The notes below the pieces were generated by a model. That model was not told where the DNA came from. It did no database searches and saw only the letters and a list, made by a program, of their open reading frames with translations. From assembly GCA_040384805.1 (NCBI GenBank), contig JAZKIP010000009.1, positions 1,490 through 65,489 on the forward strand: 64,000 nt of DNA. The letters are read 5' to 3'. The position numbers and the translations under genes were made by a program. The first letter of the stretch is position 1. Every line of letters starts with the position of its first letter. The stretch is from Patescibacteria group bacterium (GTDB lineage Bacteria; Patescibacteriota; Minisyncoccia; Phycocordibacterales; UBA9973). This document shows, one piece after another, positions 27,706-38,225 of this stretch.

Positions 27706-28977
27706 ATGGAAACAGCGTGGAATAAAATAAGAGCAATATTCACCGACAAATCGCTTCGATCGCGTGTTTTGTTCGTTCTTGCCATGCTTATTCTTTTCCG
27801 GTTTCTGTCAGTAATCCCGATTCCCGGAGTTGATCCTATCAAGCTTCAGGCGTTTCTTGCCAACAATCAGTTCTTCGGCGTTCTCAATATCTTTTCCGGC
27901 GGCGGTCTTTCGCATCTCTCGATCCTCATGCTTGGCGTAGGTCCCTATATTACGGCTTCGATCATTATGCAGCTTTTGACAATCATGTCTCCGCGCCTCA
28001 AAGCCATCTATCAGGAAGAAGGCGAAGCGGGACGCAAGAAATTCAATCAATGGAGCCGCTTGCTGACTGTTCCGCTTGGAATCGTTCAGGGGTTGGCTCT
28101 TCTAGTCGTCCTTAAAGGCCAGGGAATTCTGGGAAATATCTCGAATTTTGAAATGATTGCGAACCTTGCTGTCATCGTCGGAGGAGCGCTCCTTTTGATG
28201 TGGATCGGCGAGCTCATATCTGAATTCGGCATCGGCAACGGAGTGTCTCTTATTATCTTCGCGGGAATCGTTGCCAACATCCCGACCGAAGTTTCCCAGT
28301 TCCTCTTCACCTTCGATATGGCTAATCTGCCGGTGTATATTCTTTTCCTTGCTGTCGGAATCTTGATTGTCGCAGGCGTTGTTGTTGTCACCGAAGCGGA
28401 ACGTCCGATTCCTGTGACCTATGCCAAACAGCAGAGAGGAAACACTGCCGGCGGAAGCGTTCAGACCTATCTGCCGCTACGGGTAAACCAGTCCGGCGTT
28501 ATTCCGATTATTTTCGCGCTTTCAATTCTCATGTTCCCCCAGCTTATCGGAAACGCTTTGGCAAGCGCAACAAGCCCGGTACTTCTTAGCATTTCGCGCG
28601 GGCTTCTCTGGTTTGTTGCCAATACATGGCTTTATTCTCTTGTCTACTTTATTTTTGTATTCATGTTTACATATTTCTATACAGCAGTCACTTTCGATCC
28701 TGACAAGCTGTCGACGAATCTTCAGAAAAACGGCGCCTTCATTCCCGGCATCCGACCGGGTCCTGCAACACGCGAGTATATTGCAAAGATTCTCGGCCGC
28801 ATTACACTTATGGGCGCGATATTCCTCGGCTTGATCGCCGTTCTCCCGCTTGTTATGCGCGCCATCACCGGCATTACGGCTTTCGCCCTCGGTGGTACCG
28901 CCCTCTTGATCGTCGTGTCAGTTGTTATGGATCTCATCAAGAAAATCGAAGCGCAATTATCAATGAGAGAGTATTAG
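27706..28977 (+). CDS. secY: preprotein translocase SecY
   Basis: LGVGPYITASII, GIGNGVSLIIFAGI, GVIPIIFA, IPGIRPG. Confidence 0.98.
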   Translation: METAWNKIRAIFTDKSLRSRVLFVLAMLILFRFLSVIPIPGVDPIKLQAFLANNQFFGVLNIFSGGGLSHLSILMLGVGPYITASIIMQLLTIMSPRLKAIYQEEGEAGRKKFNQWSRLLTVPLGIVQGLALLVVLKGQGILGNISNFEMIANLAVIVGGALLLMWIGELISEFGIGNGVSLIIFAGIVANIPTEVSQFLFTFDMANLPVYILFLAVGILIVAGVVVVTEAERPIPVTYAKQQRGNTAGGSVQTYLPLRVNQSGVIPIIFALSILMFPQLIGNALASATSPVLLSISRGLLWFVANTWLYSLVYFIFVFMFTYFYTAVTFDPDKLSTNLQKNGAFIPGIRPGPATREYIAKILGRITLMGAIFLGLIAVLPLVMRAITGITAFALGGTALLIVVSVVMDLIKKIEAQLSMREY

Positions 28978-29062
28978 GATAATTACGAATTATCAATGAC
29001 TAATTACGAATTCAACAAAAATCACAAATAATATTATTTGTGATTTTTGTTATAATATACCT

Positions 29063-29656
29063 ATGAATACACCGCTTACATTTGTTTTCTTTGGAATCGT
29101 CGGGTCCGGCAAGGGAACCCAGGTCGAGCTTCTGCAGAAATATCTGCGTGAAAAAACCCTTAGTATTGATTTCGTTGATGCTTCGCCCGGCCTTGAATAC
29201 AGGAAGCTTATTTCAAGCGGAAGCTATACGGGAGAGCTTGTTCGGGATGCCTACAATCAGGGATATCTCCAGCCTGATTTCCTGACGGACGGCCTCTTTA
29301 CGAAAATTCTCACGGAAAAAACATCGCCATCCTCCGTCATTATGGCGGACGGGTATCCTCGCACACTCGTGCAGTCAAAAACATTCGAAGATGCGATGAT
29401 ATTTTATCGCCGGGACGATGTCCGTGTTATTTATATACAGGTAGGAAAAGAAGAAGCGACACGAAGAATGAAACTCCGTGGTCGATCCGATGATACCGAC
29501 GAAGGAATCGCGAAGCGCTTCGATGAATATGTAAATAATGTTATTCCTTCAATGAATTATTTCGAAGGCAGGCCCGGATATGCTCTTTATGTCATCAACG
29601 GGGAGCAGTCGATCGAAGACGTCCATGCTGATATTATCAAGTCTCTCGGAATCTAA
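29063..29656 (+). CDS. adk: adenylate kinase, short-LID type
   Basis: GIVGSGKGTQ, DGYPRT, RGRSDD; follows secY. Confidence 0.88.
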   Translation: MNTPLTFVFFGIVGSGKGTQVELLQKYLREKTLSIDFVDASPGLEYRKLISSGSYTGELVRDAYNQGYLQPDFLTDGLFTKILTEKTSPSSVIMADGYPRTLVQSKTFEDAMIFYRRDDVRVIYIQVGKEEATRRMKLRGRSDDTDEGIAKRFDEYVNNVIPSMNYFEGRPGYALYVINGEQSIEDVHADIIKSLGI

Positions 29657-29657
29657 T

Positions 29658-30344
29658 ATGGAAGACTCGAAGCATATTGTCATATCGTTGGGCGGATCGC
29701 TTATTGTGCCGGAAGAGATAGACTCCGGATTCCTAAAAGAATTTATTCATGCTCTGAGTGAATATGCTAGCCGTGGCTTTCGATTTGTTATTATAACCGG
29801 CGGCGGGAGAATTTCCCGCAATTATACGCTTTCGGCGCAAGACATAGGGGAACCGACAAGCATCGATCTTGACTGGATTGGCATTGCAGTGACGCGACTT
29901 AATGCCGAATTCATTCGTGTTCTTTTTGGAAATCTGGCTCATCCTGACATTATCTTCAATCCTGAAGAGATGCCTGAGACAGATAAAGCGATTATGGTGG
30001 GAGGAGGATGGAAGCCTGGAAATTCGAGCGATTTGGCTGCTGTCATCGTTGCAAAGTCCATCGGCGCCCGCACGATCATCAATCTCTCCAATATCGATTA
30101 TGTGTACGACAAGGATCCTCGCTATAATCCCGATGCGATAAAAATCGAAAGTGCATCATGGGGGGATCTCCGCGCACTGTTGCCGAAAGAATGGGAACCG
30201 GGCCTTAATAGTCCTTTTGATCCCATTGCAGCCGAAAAAGCCGAAGCGCTTGGTCTCGAAGTTGCTATCATGAACGGCAAAAATATAGACAATCTCAGGA
30301 ATTATATCGACCAGAAGCCTTTTATTGGAACAATTATCCGTTAA
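29658..30344 (+). CDS. pyrH: UMP kinase, archaeal type
   Basis: ISLGGS, TGGG, D.IGI..TRLNA, PG.SSD, VYDKDP, PFDP.A. Confidence 0.9.
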   Translation: MEDSKHIVISLGGSLIVPEEIDSGFLKEFIHALSEYASRGFRFVIITGGGRISRNYTLSAQDIGEPTSIDLDWIGIAVTRLNAEFIRVLFGNLAHPDIIFNPEEMPETDKAIMVGGGWKPGNSSDLAAVIVAKSIGARTIINLSNIDYVYDKDPRYNPDAIKIESASWGDLRALLPKEWEPGLNSPFDPIAAEKAEALGLEVAIMNGKNIDNLRNYIDQKPFIGTIIR

Positions 30345-30401
30345 ATCTTCCTCTATATCCTATTTGCAAAAGGAGTTTTGATCGGCTAGTATTGAGCCTA
30401 C

Positions 30402-31172
30402 ATGGGAGTTATCATAAAAACCAAAGAACAGATCGACATGCTGCGCGAGGGCGGAAGACGTCTCGGGGCAATTGTGGCAAAAGTAGCAGGGAAAGTAGCA
30501 CCGGGTGTGACGACGTTTGAACTTGATGAATACGCCCGCATGCTTATTCGCGATGGCGGCGATGAGCCGGCTTTTTTGAATTACAAGCCCGAAGGCCACG
30601 GCAAGCCCTTTCCGGCAGCTCTCTGCACATCGATCAATAATGAAGTTGTTCACGGGATTCCGAACAAAAATAGAATCTTGAAAGAAGGCGATATTATTTC
30701 CATTGATCTCGGGCTCAAACACAAGGGGTTCTATACCGATCACGCAATAACCGTTCCTGTCGGCATGATCTCTAAAAAAGATCGGCAGCTTCTTGATGAT
30801 ACGAAGGAAGCCCTCGATATCGGCATTTGGGCCGCGAAGAACGGCAAGACGGTTGGCGATATTGGCCATGCCATAGAATCTTTCGTCCATAAACGATATG
30901 GCATCATCAGAGAGCTGTCAGGTCATGGCGTCGGTATCTCTATTCACGAAGATCCCTATATTCCCAATTTCGGCAAGCCGGGCAAGGGACAAAAGCTTCT
31001 TCCCGGAATGGTTATCGCTATCGAACCGATGCTTGCTTTAGGCAAGGCAGATATCGTCAGTATGGCTGATGGATATACGATCAAGACCGCCGATGGATCC
31101 AGGAGCGCTCATTTTGAACATACGATCCTCATTACGGATAACGAGCCGGAAATCTTGACTATGGCGGCATAA
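30402..31172 (+). CDS. map: methionine aminopeptidase type I
   Basis: CTSINNEVVHGIP, GHGVG..IHEDP, AIEPM, SAHFEHT. Confidence 0.97.
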   Translation: MGVIIKTKEQIDMLREGGRRLGAIVAKVAGKVAPGVTTFELDEYARMLIRDGGDEPAFLNYKPEGHGKPFPAALCTSINNEVVHGIPNKNRILKEGDIISIDLGLKHKGFYTDHAITVPVGMISKKDRQLLDDTKEALDIGIWAAKNGKTVGDIGHAIESFVHKRYGIIRELSGHGVGISIHEDPYIPNFGKPGKGQKLLPGMVIAIEPMLALGKADIVSMADGYTIKTADGSRSAHFEHTILITDNEPEILTMAA

Positions 31173-31229
31173 CCCCCTTCTTTAATCTTATAGATTTGAT
31201 ATACTATAAGAAGCATATTCGCAGAATGT

Positions 31230-31697
31230 ATGACAAGCACCTCCTTGAATAGAAAAACTATATTTATAAGTATCTTAACAGTAGCACTGTTTGCCCTGTC
31301 TTTTATGTCTCTTGACGCCGCCGGACTTATCCCCGACTGCAACAGGGGAACAACGGTCAATAGCGCAAAGACAGGCCTCGGGACAGCTTGCGGATTCAAC
31401 GAACTCATGGGCCTTGCCAATAAGGTCATCAGCTTCCTCCTTTTCACTATTGCCACGCCTCTTGTTGCGTTGATCGTGTGTTACGCGGGATTTCTCCTCT
31501 TAACATCGGGAGGAAGCTCTGAGAAACTGACTAAAGCCAAGCATATCTTCAAGAATGTCCTCATCGGCTATATTGTCGCCTTGGCCGCATGGCTGATCAT
31601 TCATACCATTGTCAAAACTCTCGGCTTTACCGGCGATGATTTCCTTGACGAATCGGCACAGATAGAGAATACGACTCCACTGCGAATGAGGGTATAA
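31230..31697 (+). CDS. TrbC/VirB2-like CPR pilin
   Basis: Signal segment, GLIPDC..CGF, two TM helices with YAGF..LTSGG....KAK......IG. Confidence 0.75.
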   Translation: MTSTSLNRKTIFISILTVALFALSFMSLDAAGLIPDCNRGTTVNSAKTGLGTACGFNELMGLANKVISFLLFTIATPLVALIVCYAGFLLLTSGGSSEKLTKAKHIFKNVLIGYIVALAAWLIIHTIVKTLGFTGDDFLDESAQIENTTPLRMRV

Positions 31698-31776
31698 GGA
31701 AAAAGTTTTATTGGAACAAGGTACACTCTTCCGAAAGCGCCCGAAATAATCGCGGGTTATGATATAATGTCTACTC

Positions 31777-34509
31777 ATGGAAGGTTTTAGTCTCACAAAT
31801 GCCCCGAAATTCAAGAGTCCTCAAGAGGAACTCGAATTTTTGCGTGCCCACATTGCCGAAAAGGAAAAAGCTCTCGTATCGCAGGGAGTAGAAACATCAA
31901 AAGAAGACATAGCGCATGAAATCGTGGAGGAGTACAAGCGCTATCAGCCGCAGGATGTCATGGACACGAGCGCTATTCTTGAGAATGTTCAAGCTGAAAG
32001 CCTTGTCTTGCGGCTTCATCCGGAAGAACATGATAAGAAGATGGAGGAAATGCTTGGAATATTGCTCGATAAAGGAGTGTCCAATGCTCTTTCTATCATC
32101 GGCAAGCTTAATAATCCCCATCTCGATGATGATTTTCATCGTTTCTTGGTCCAATACTTGATAAGTACTCATAAGATACCAGGATTAAAAGAGGGAACGC
32201 CCTTGTTTAAGTCTCTGGATATGAAGCTGTTTGAAATCACTCTTCCTGATCCGACCGATGACGAGAGCAATAAAAAAGGGCTCAAAGAACTTCTTTCCGC
32301 TATGGAGCAGTTTTATGCCGGAATGCACTCTGTCGGAGAGGGACGGGAGAATCGGAATCGCAATCACTTCACCCTTGAGATCGCTCTTGCCGAAGGAAGC
32401 GACCAGTTCATTTTTTATGCGGCTGTTCCCGCTTACAAGACGGATCTTTTCGAGAAGCAGCTCTTGGGAGTCCATCCGCACGCCAAGATCGTCGAGGTTC
32501 CCGATGACTACAATATTTTCTCGGAGGGAAGCGTTACTGCCGCGTCACATGCGACGCTCGCTCATCATGATGTATATCCTATCAAGCTCTATGACGCGCT
32601 TGATCATGATCCGCTCAACATCATTCTTAACGTCTTCACCAAGCTTCAAAAATCAGGGGAAGGAGCATCGATTCAATTTACCATCTGCCCCGAAGACGAT
32701 GACATCATCCGCAAATTTCACACTGTCCTTGCCGACGTTAAAAACGGCATGTCCGTGCGAACGGCATCGAGCATGACTCGCCAGTTTACCAAGGAATTCA
32801 AATCCATTGCCTCTGAAATGTTTTTTGGCGCATCAAAAAAGAAGGAGGAAAAGAAAGTCAACGACAAAGCGGTGGAAAATATCACCGAGAAGATGAAAAG
32901 CACCATCCAGGCATGCACTATACGCATTATATCCTCCGCTCAGACAAAGCTTCGCGCCGAGCAGATTCTCTCGGACCTTGAATCATCGTTTAATCAGTTC
33001 ACCGAATCGGACCGGAACGGCTTTGATTTCGTACATCCGCAAGGATCGGATCTCGCATCGCTCATCCATGCTTTTTCATATAGGACCTTCTCCCAGGATT
33101 ATTCGATGCCTCTGAATCTCAAGGAGCTTGCCACGATCTTCCACTTTCCTTATGGTATCGAAAGCTCGCCTCAGCTCAAGCAAGCGAAAGCGGGCATCGC
33201 TCCGGCTCCGATGGAAATGGGAACCCAGGGAGTCGCTCTCGGTATCAACAGCTACCGCGGCAAGGAAACCAGAGTGCACTTCGCCGAAGAAGACCGCATG
33301 CGGCATTTTTATGTTATCGGTCAGACAGGTACTGGTAAGACCACGATCATGAAAAACATGATCGCTCAGGATATCGCCGCGGGCCACGGCGTCTGTTATA
33401 TCGATCCCCATGGGACAGATATCCAGGATATTCTCAGCTACATTCCCCGGGAACGCATCGACGATGTCATTTATTTCGATCCGGCATATACGGCACGTCC
33501 CATGGGCCTTAACATGCTCGAATATGACGTTCGTTATCCCGAGCAGAAGACATTCGTCGTCAACGAGCTGATGAATATATTCAACAAGCTCTTCGACATG
33601 AAGACCTCCGGAGGTCCGATGTTCGAGCAATATTTCAAAAACTCCGCCTTTCTTGTCATGGAGCATCCTGAATCGGGATCGACTCTTCTTGAAATCAGCC
33701 GCGTTCTTTCGGATAAGGCATTCCGCGATATGAAGCTTTCCCATTGCAAGAACCCCATCATCAGGCAGTTCTGGGAGAACGCCGAACAGACGACAGGCGA
33801 TCAGGCCCTTGCCAACTTCGTGCCGTACATCACTTCGAAATTCGATAATTTCATTTCAAACGACATCATGCGCCCGGTCGTCTTGCAGGAGAAATCAGTC
33901 TTCAATTTCCGTGAGATCATGGACAGCAAGAAGATTCTTCTTGTTAATTTGTCGAAAGGACGCTTGGGAGACATCAATGCCAATCTTATCGGCATGCTTA
34001 TCGTCAACAAGATCCAGATGGCGACATTATCCCGCGTGGATATGTACGGCAAGAAAATGGAGGATTTCTTCCTCTATGTCGATGAGTTCCAGAACGTATC
34101 GACGGATTCCATCGAATCGATATTCTCCGAGGCGCGCAAATACCGGCTGTCGCTCACGGTGGCTCATCAATACATCTCCCAGCTTGAGGAGAAGATCAAG
34201 AATTCCGTCTTCGGAAACGTGGGTTCCATGGCGGTCTTCCGCGTCGGCGCCGAAGATGCGCAATTCCTCGAAAGCAAGTTTAAGCCGACATTTACTGCCG
34301 CCGATATCATGAAGATCGAGAATCGCAATGCTTATATCTCAATGCTCATCAACGGACAGCCGACAAAGCCTTTCAATATAGCGACATTTCCTCCACCCCA
34401 AGGCAATATGGCAGCAGTCGAGAAGATCAAGGAACTCTCATATCTTAAATTCGGCCGCGAGCGCGAGGAAGTCGAAGAGGAGATCATGAATAAATATAAA
34501 AAGAATTAA
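31777..34509 (+). CDS. VirD4/TraG/HerA-like ATPase with long N-terminal domain
   Basis: RHFYVIGQTGTGKT Walker A, IDPHG, LYVDEFQN Walker B, EARKY, AHQY..QL. Confidence 0.9.
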   Translation: MEGFSLTNAPKFKSPQEELEFLRAHIAEKEKALVSQGVETSKEDIAHEIVEEYKRYQPQDVMDTSAILENVQAESLVLRLHPEEHDKKMEEMLGILLDKGVSNALSIIGKLNNPHLDDDFHRFLVQYLISTHKIPGLKEGTPLFKSLDMKLFEITLPDPTDDESNKKGLKELLSAMEQFYAGMHSVGEGRENRNRNHFTLEIALAEGSDQFIFYAAVPAYKTDLFEKQLLGVHPHAKIVEVPDDYNIFSEGSVTAASHATLAHHDVYPIKLYDALDHDPLNIILNVFTKLQKSGEGASIQFTICPEDDDIIRKFHTVLADVKNGMSVRTASSMTRQFTKEFKSIASEMFFGASKKKEEKKVNDKAVENITEKMKSTIQACTIRIISSAQTKLRAEQILSDLESSFNQFTESDRNGFDFVHPQGSDLASLIHAFSYRTFSQDYSMPLNLKELATIFHFPYGIESSPQLKQAKAGIAPAPMEMGTQGVALGINSYRGKETRVHFAEEDRMRHFYVIGQTGTGKTTIMKNMIAQDIAAGHGVCYIDPHGTDIQDILSYIPRERIDDVIYFDPAYTARPMGLNMLEYDVRYPEQKTFVVNELMNIFNKLFDMKTSGGPMFEQYFKNSAFLVMEHPESGSTLLEISRVLSDKAFRDMKLSHCKNPIIRQFWENAEQTTGDQALANFVPYITSKFDNFISNDIMRPVVLQEKSVFNFREIMDSKKILLVNLSKGRLGDINANLIGMLIVNKIQMATLSRVDMYGKKMEDFFLYVDEFQNVSTDSIESIFSEARKYRLSLTVAHQYISQLEEKIKNSVFGNVGSMAVFRVGAEDAQFLESKFKPTFTAADIMKIENRNAYISMLINGQPTKPFNIATFPPPQGNMAAVEKIKELSYLKFGREREEVEEEIMNKYKKN

Positions 34510-35085
34510 ATGGAAGAAATCGAAGTAAAATTTTTGGATGTAAACATCGAGTCTCTGGAAAAGAAGCTTTTAGATATGGGAGCAGAAAAGATCGGGGAAA
34601 CTCTTTCTCGTATAACTTGTTTTGATTACCCGGATTATCAGTTAAGAGATAAAAATGCGTGGGTACGTCTTCGAACGGAATTTAATGAGACAACTCTTGC
34701 ATATAAAGAACGTCTTGGTGTTAGTTCTGAAGACGCTTCAATCAAGGATGATGGTATGAGAGAGATTGAAGTCGTTGTTTCTGATTTTGACACCACGAAG
34801 TCATTTCTTTTTGAAATCGGTATGATTGAAAAATTCTCGCAGGAAAAAAAGAGAATTCGTTTTAAAAAAGATACAATCGTATTTGATATAGACACGTGGC
34901 CACTTACACCGCCATATATTGAAATCGAAGGTTCATCATGGGATGACGTGAAGACTGCCGCTGAAAATCTAGGTTTTAAATACGAAGATCACTTGAGGTG
35001 TTCTGCCCACAATATATTTATTAAATATGGTTTTAATGATCATGATTATTCGGTCTTCACCTTCGCAGAGCAGATTAAAAAATAA
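34510..35085 (+). CDS. CYTH domain protein (class IV adenylate cyclase/triphosphatase-like)
   Basis: EIEVK, WVRLR, LAYK, EKKR, YIEIE. Confidence 0.88.
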   Translation: MEEIEVKFLDVNIESLEKKLLDMGAEKIGETLSRITCFDYPDYQLRDKNAWVRLRTEFNETTLAYKERLGVSSEDASIKDDGMREIEVVVSDFDTTKSFLFEIGMIEKFSQEKKRIRFKKDTIVFDIDTWPLTPPYIEIEGSSWDDVKTAAENLGFKYEDHLRCSAHNIFIKYGFNDHDYSVFTFAEQIKK

Positions 35086-35157
35086 TTGCAGAGCAAGGCT
35101 TTTTCTGCTACACTGTGCCTATTACAATCACCAGAGCACAGGCTCTTTTTTATTTAT

Positions 35158-35742
35158 ATGAAGCATCCAAAAGAAGAAGTCACATATGTCATGCTGAAGC
35201 CCGACGGCGTCCGCAAAGGCCTCATTGGAGAGGTTATTAAGAGATTCGAACAGCGCGATCTGAAAATCGTCGCTCTTGAAATGTTCAATCCCGAATTCGA
35301 CAAGGTCAACGATCACTATCCGAAAAGCGAAGAATGGATCACGCGTCTCGGCAATAAAACACTCACGACATATGAAAAATACGGCTATGACGCGATGAAG
35401 GATTTCGGTACGACCGATGCTTCCAAAATCGGACCTGAAATCCGAAAATGGCTCATCGATTACATGACGTCCGCTCCGCTTGTGAAAATGATCGTCAAAG
35501 GCGTCCATGCTGTTGATGTCGTCCGCAAAGTAGCAGGGGATACGATGCCGTACAAAGCCGATATGGGCACGATTCGCGGCGATTTCTCAATCGACAGCCC
35601 CGCTCTTGCAAATATGGAGAAGCGCGCAGTTATGAACATCGTTCACTGCTCTGAGACTCCCGAAGAAGCTGAGCATGAGATCAAGCATTGGTTCGGTGCT
35701 GCCGAGATCCTCGACTACAAGCGCTTTGGTGTTGACGAATAA
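35158..35742 (+). CDS. ndk: nucleoside diphosphate kinase (long-insert type)
   Basis: LKPDGV..GLIGEVI.RFE, GTIRGDF, NIVHCS. Confidence 0.93.
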   Translation: MKHPKEEVTYVMLKPDGVRKGLIGEVIKRFEQRDLKIVALEMFNPEFDKVNDHYPKSEEWITRLGNKTLTTYEKYGYDAMKDFGTTDASKIGPEIRKWLIDYMTSAPLVKMIVKGVHAVDVVRKVAGDTMPYKADMGTIRGDFSIDSPALANMEKRAVMNIVHCSETPEEAEHEIKHWFGAAEILDYKRFGVDE

Positions 35743-35796
35743 AATGAAAAAGCATAAAATCCGCCATCGGCGGATTTTATGCTAGTATATTTTAGT

Positions 35797-36441
35797 ATGA
35801 GAAAGATCGCCGATATATACGAAGAATACAAAATCATGCCGAATCTGCAGATACATCAATTGCGTGTCGCCGCTGTGGCAGCCAAGGTGTGCGATTCACT
35901 CGATATCCCGGTAGACAAGGACGCAATAGTAACTGCTTGTCTTTTCCACGACATGGGCAATATCATCAAATTCAAGCTCGGCTATTTCCCGGAATTTCTG
36001 GAGCCCGAGGGTCTCGACTATTGGGAAACTGTTAAAAGGGAATATATTGAAAAATATGGAGAAAATGAGCATATAGCCACGATTGCCATAGCCCGGGAGT
36101 TTGGTATCGGTGCAGATATTATAAAAAATATGGAAGCGATTGAATTTTCCAATTGGTGCGCTGTAAATGTAGATGAAAACTGGAGCCAAAAGATATGCAC
36201 CTATGCCGATGCGCGCGTCGGCGTTACGGGCATCATAAGCCTTGAGGAAAGGCTTGAAGACGGAGAAAGGCGATACAAAGGAATACATGAAGATATGGAT
36301 GCGAAAAGACTGTTCCTTCAGAATTGTATGCGCACTATCGAAAAAGAAATTTCTTCTCGTATGAAAATTGCCCCAGAAGACATTACTGACGAGTCTATCT
36401 CTCCGTATATTGAAGAACTGAAAAATTTTTCTCTCGCGTAA
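35797..36441 (+). CDS. HD-domain phosphohydrolase
   Basis: H..RVA, ACLFHDMG, YAD.R. Confidence 0.8.
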   Translation: MRKIADIYEEYKIMPNLQIHQLRVAAVAAKVCDSLDIPVDKDAIVTACLFHDMGNIIKFKLGYFPEFLEPEGLDYWETVKREYIEKYGENEHIATIAIAREFGIGADIIKNMEAIEFSNWCAVNVDENWSQKICTYADARVGVTGIISLEERLEDGERRYKGIHEDMDAKRLFLQNCMRTIEKEISSRMKIAPEDITDESISPYIEELKNFSLA

Positions 36442-36516
36442 ACTTGAAAAATCTCAAAAAACGTGATGTTGTGAAAAAAATCCTTGCGCGTGACTTCCAA
36501 AAGAGTATAGTTGAAG

Positions 36517-36667
36517 TAGGGTTATTTGAGATGTATTACCTAGAACATATTTTATAGGGGATATATTGTTTTGATATGGGGCTGTAACGTTATTAATGTG
36601 AACAAATCCATGGCATCCGTTGTCCCACGTAGCATAACGCTATGGTAATATCCCTTGAATAGTCCTA
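36517..36667 (+). ncRNA. candidate 6S-like rod-shaped RNA
   Basis: Promoter TTGCGC-16-TATAGT directly upstream; 5' and 3' ends pair; central bubble; terminator 36674-36712. Confidence 0.5.
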
Positions 36668-36723
36668 ATAAGCATCCTCGGCTCATAGTATGAGTCTGAG
36701 GATTTTTATTTTACCTTTATCCC

Positions 36724-36767
36724 CCACTTCCATTTTAAGTTCCGATCGGAACTTAAAATGGAAGTGG
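36724..36767. repeat. 44-nt perfect palindrome
   Basis: ccacttccattttaagttccga|tcggaacttaaaatggaagtgg. Confidence 0.9.
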
Positions 36768-36853
36768 CACTATTCCTGATTGTCGTAGCGGCAAAAGCGC
36801 AAACTTCTTCTTATTTCGCACAATTGTAGTATCTAGGGTATAATAAAGCCCAT

Positions 36854-38224
36854 ATGGCAAACGATACAAACCTAAAACTGACATTCTGCTCGGGTGCGGG
36901 GACTGTCACGGGCGCAAACTTTTTATTGGAAGGGAATGGCAAGAAATTCCTCGTCGATTGCGGACTCATCCAGGGCGAAAAGCTCGCTGATGACATGAAC
37001 TGGGAGAAATTTCCTTACGATGCATCCGAAATCGATATTCTCTTTATTAGTCATGGCCATATCGACCATATCGGCCGTATTCCAAAGATCATAAGCGAAG
37101 GCTTCAAGGGGAGAATCGTCTCAACGATCCCGACTAAGGAGATCACCGAAGTTATGCTTGCCGATACTGCCCATCTTTTGTCTCGGGACACCGAGAACAA
37201 TCTCGACAAAATATACTCCGCCGAGAATATACAAAAGGCCATGAGTCTCTGGGAAACTCTCGAGTACGGGCAGAAGCTCAATGTCGACCACGGCTTTCAA
37301 TTTTCATATAAGGACGCGGGGCATATCCTCGGCTCAGGAATGCTCGAGATCGTTTATAACGGCAAGAAAATAGTTTTTACAGGCGACATCGGCAATTCGC
37401 CGTCACCTCTTCTTCCTGACCCTGATTTCATCACCGATGCTGATTACCTCGTCATGGAATCGGTGTATGGCGACCGCAATCATGAGGATCGCAGCTTGCG
37501 CAAAAAGAAGCTTGAACAGGTCATCAAGGACAACTATGCCCGTAAGGGAACATTGATGATCCCGACGTTTTCTCTTGAGCGTACGCAGGAACTTCTCTAT
37601 GAGATAGATTCTTTGGTGGAGAATAAGATCATACCCGAGATGCCGATCTTTCTCGACTCTCCTCTTGCGATCAAGCTGACAGCCGTTTATCTCAAATACG
37701 AAAGATATTTCAACGAGACTGCCAAGAAGATCATTGCCGCAGGAAACCGCCTTTTTGAATTTCCGGGATTAAAGCAAACAGAGGAGACTGAAGAATCAAA
37801 GGCAATCTTGCATGCGCCGAATCCAAAGATCATCATCGCAGGGTCAGGCATGTCCAACGGCGGCCGTATTATTCATCATGAGAAGAATTATCTGCCGGAT
37901 CCGAACAATACGATTCTCCTGATCGGGTATCAGTCAATCGGGACTCTCGGCCGGTTGATTGAAGACGGCGTGCGGGATCTTCATATTCAAGGAACTATTG
38001 TTCCTCTACGCTCGCACGTGGAAATGATCAGCGGCTATTCGGGACACAAGGATTCCGACGGTCTTGTCGAATTCGTCGGGCATACGGCTAAAACAGTCAA
38101 GAAAGTTCTGGTTGTCATGGGTGAGCCGAAATCATCCCTCTTCTTGTCTCAGAAATTGCGTGACAACCTCGGCGTGGATACGTATGCGCCTCAGGCCGGA
38201 GAAACTGTCATTCTTGAGTTTTAA
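36854..38224 (+). CDS. MBL-fold beta-CASP ribonuclease
   Basis: GAGTVTGA, DCG, SHGHIDHIG, AGHILGS, TGD, ES.YG, AGSGM..GGR, SGH.D. Confidence 0.92.
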   Translation: MANDTNLKLTFCSGAGTVTGANFLLEGNGKKFLVDCGLIQGEKLADDMNWEKFPYDASEIDILFISHGHIDHIGRIPKIISEGFKGRIVSTIPTKEITEVMLADTAHLLSRDTENNLDKIYSAENIQKAMSLWETLEYGQKLNVDHGFQFSYKDAGHILGSGMLEIVYNGKKIVFTGDIGNSPSPLLPDPDFITDADYLVMESVYGDRNHEDRSLRKKKLEQVIKDNYARKGTLMIPTFSLERTQELLYEIDSLVENKIIPEMPIFLDSPLAIKLTAVYLKYERYFNETAKKIIAAGNRLFEFPGLKQTEETEESKAILHAPNPKIIIAGSGMSNGGRIIHHEKNYLPDPNNTILLIGYQSIGTLGRLIEDGVRDLHIQGTIVPLRSHVEMISGYSGHKDSDGLVEFVGHTAKTVKKVLVVMGEPKSSLFLSQKLRDNLGVDTYAPQAGETVILEF

Positions 38225-38225
38225 T

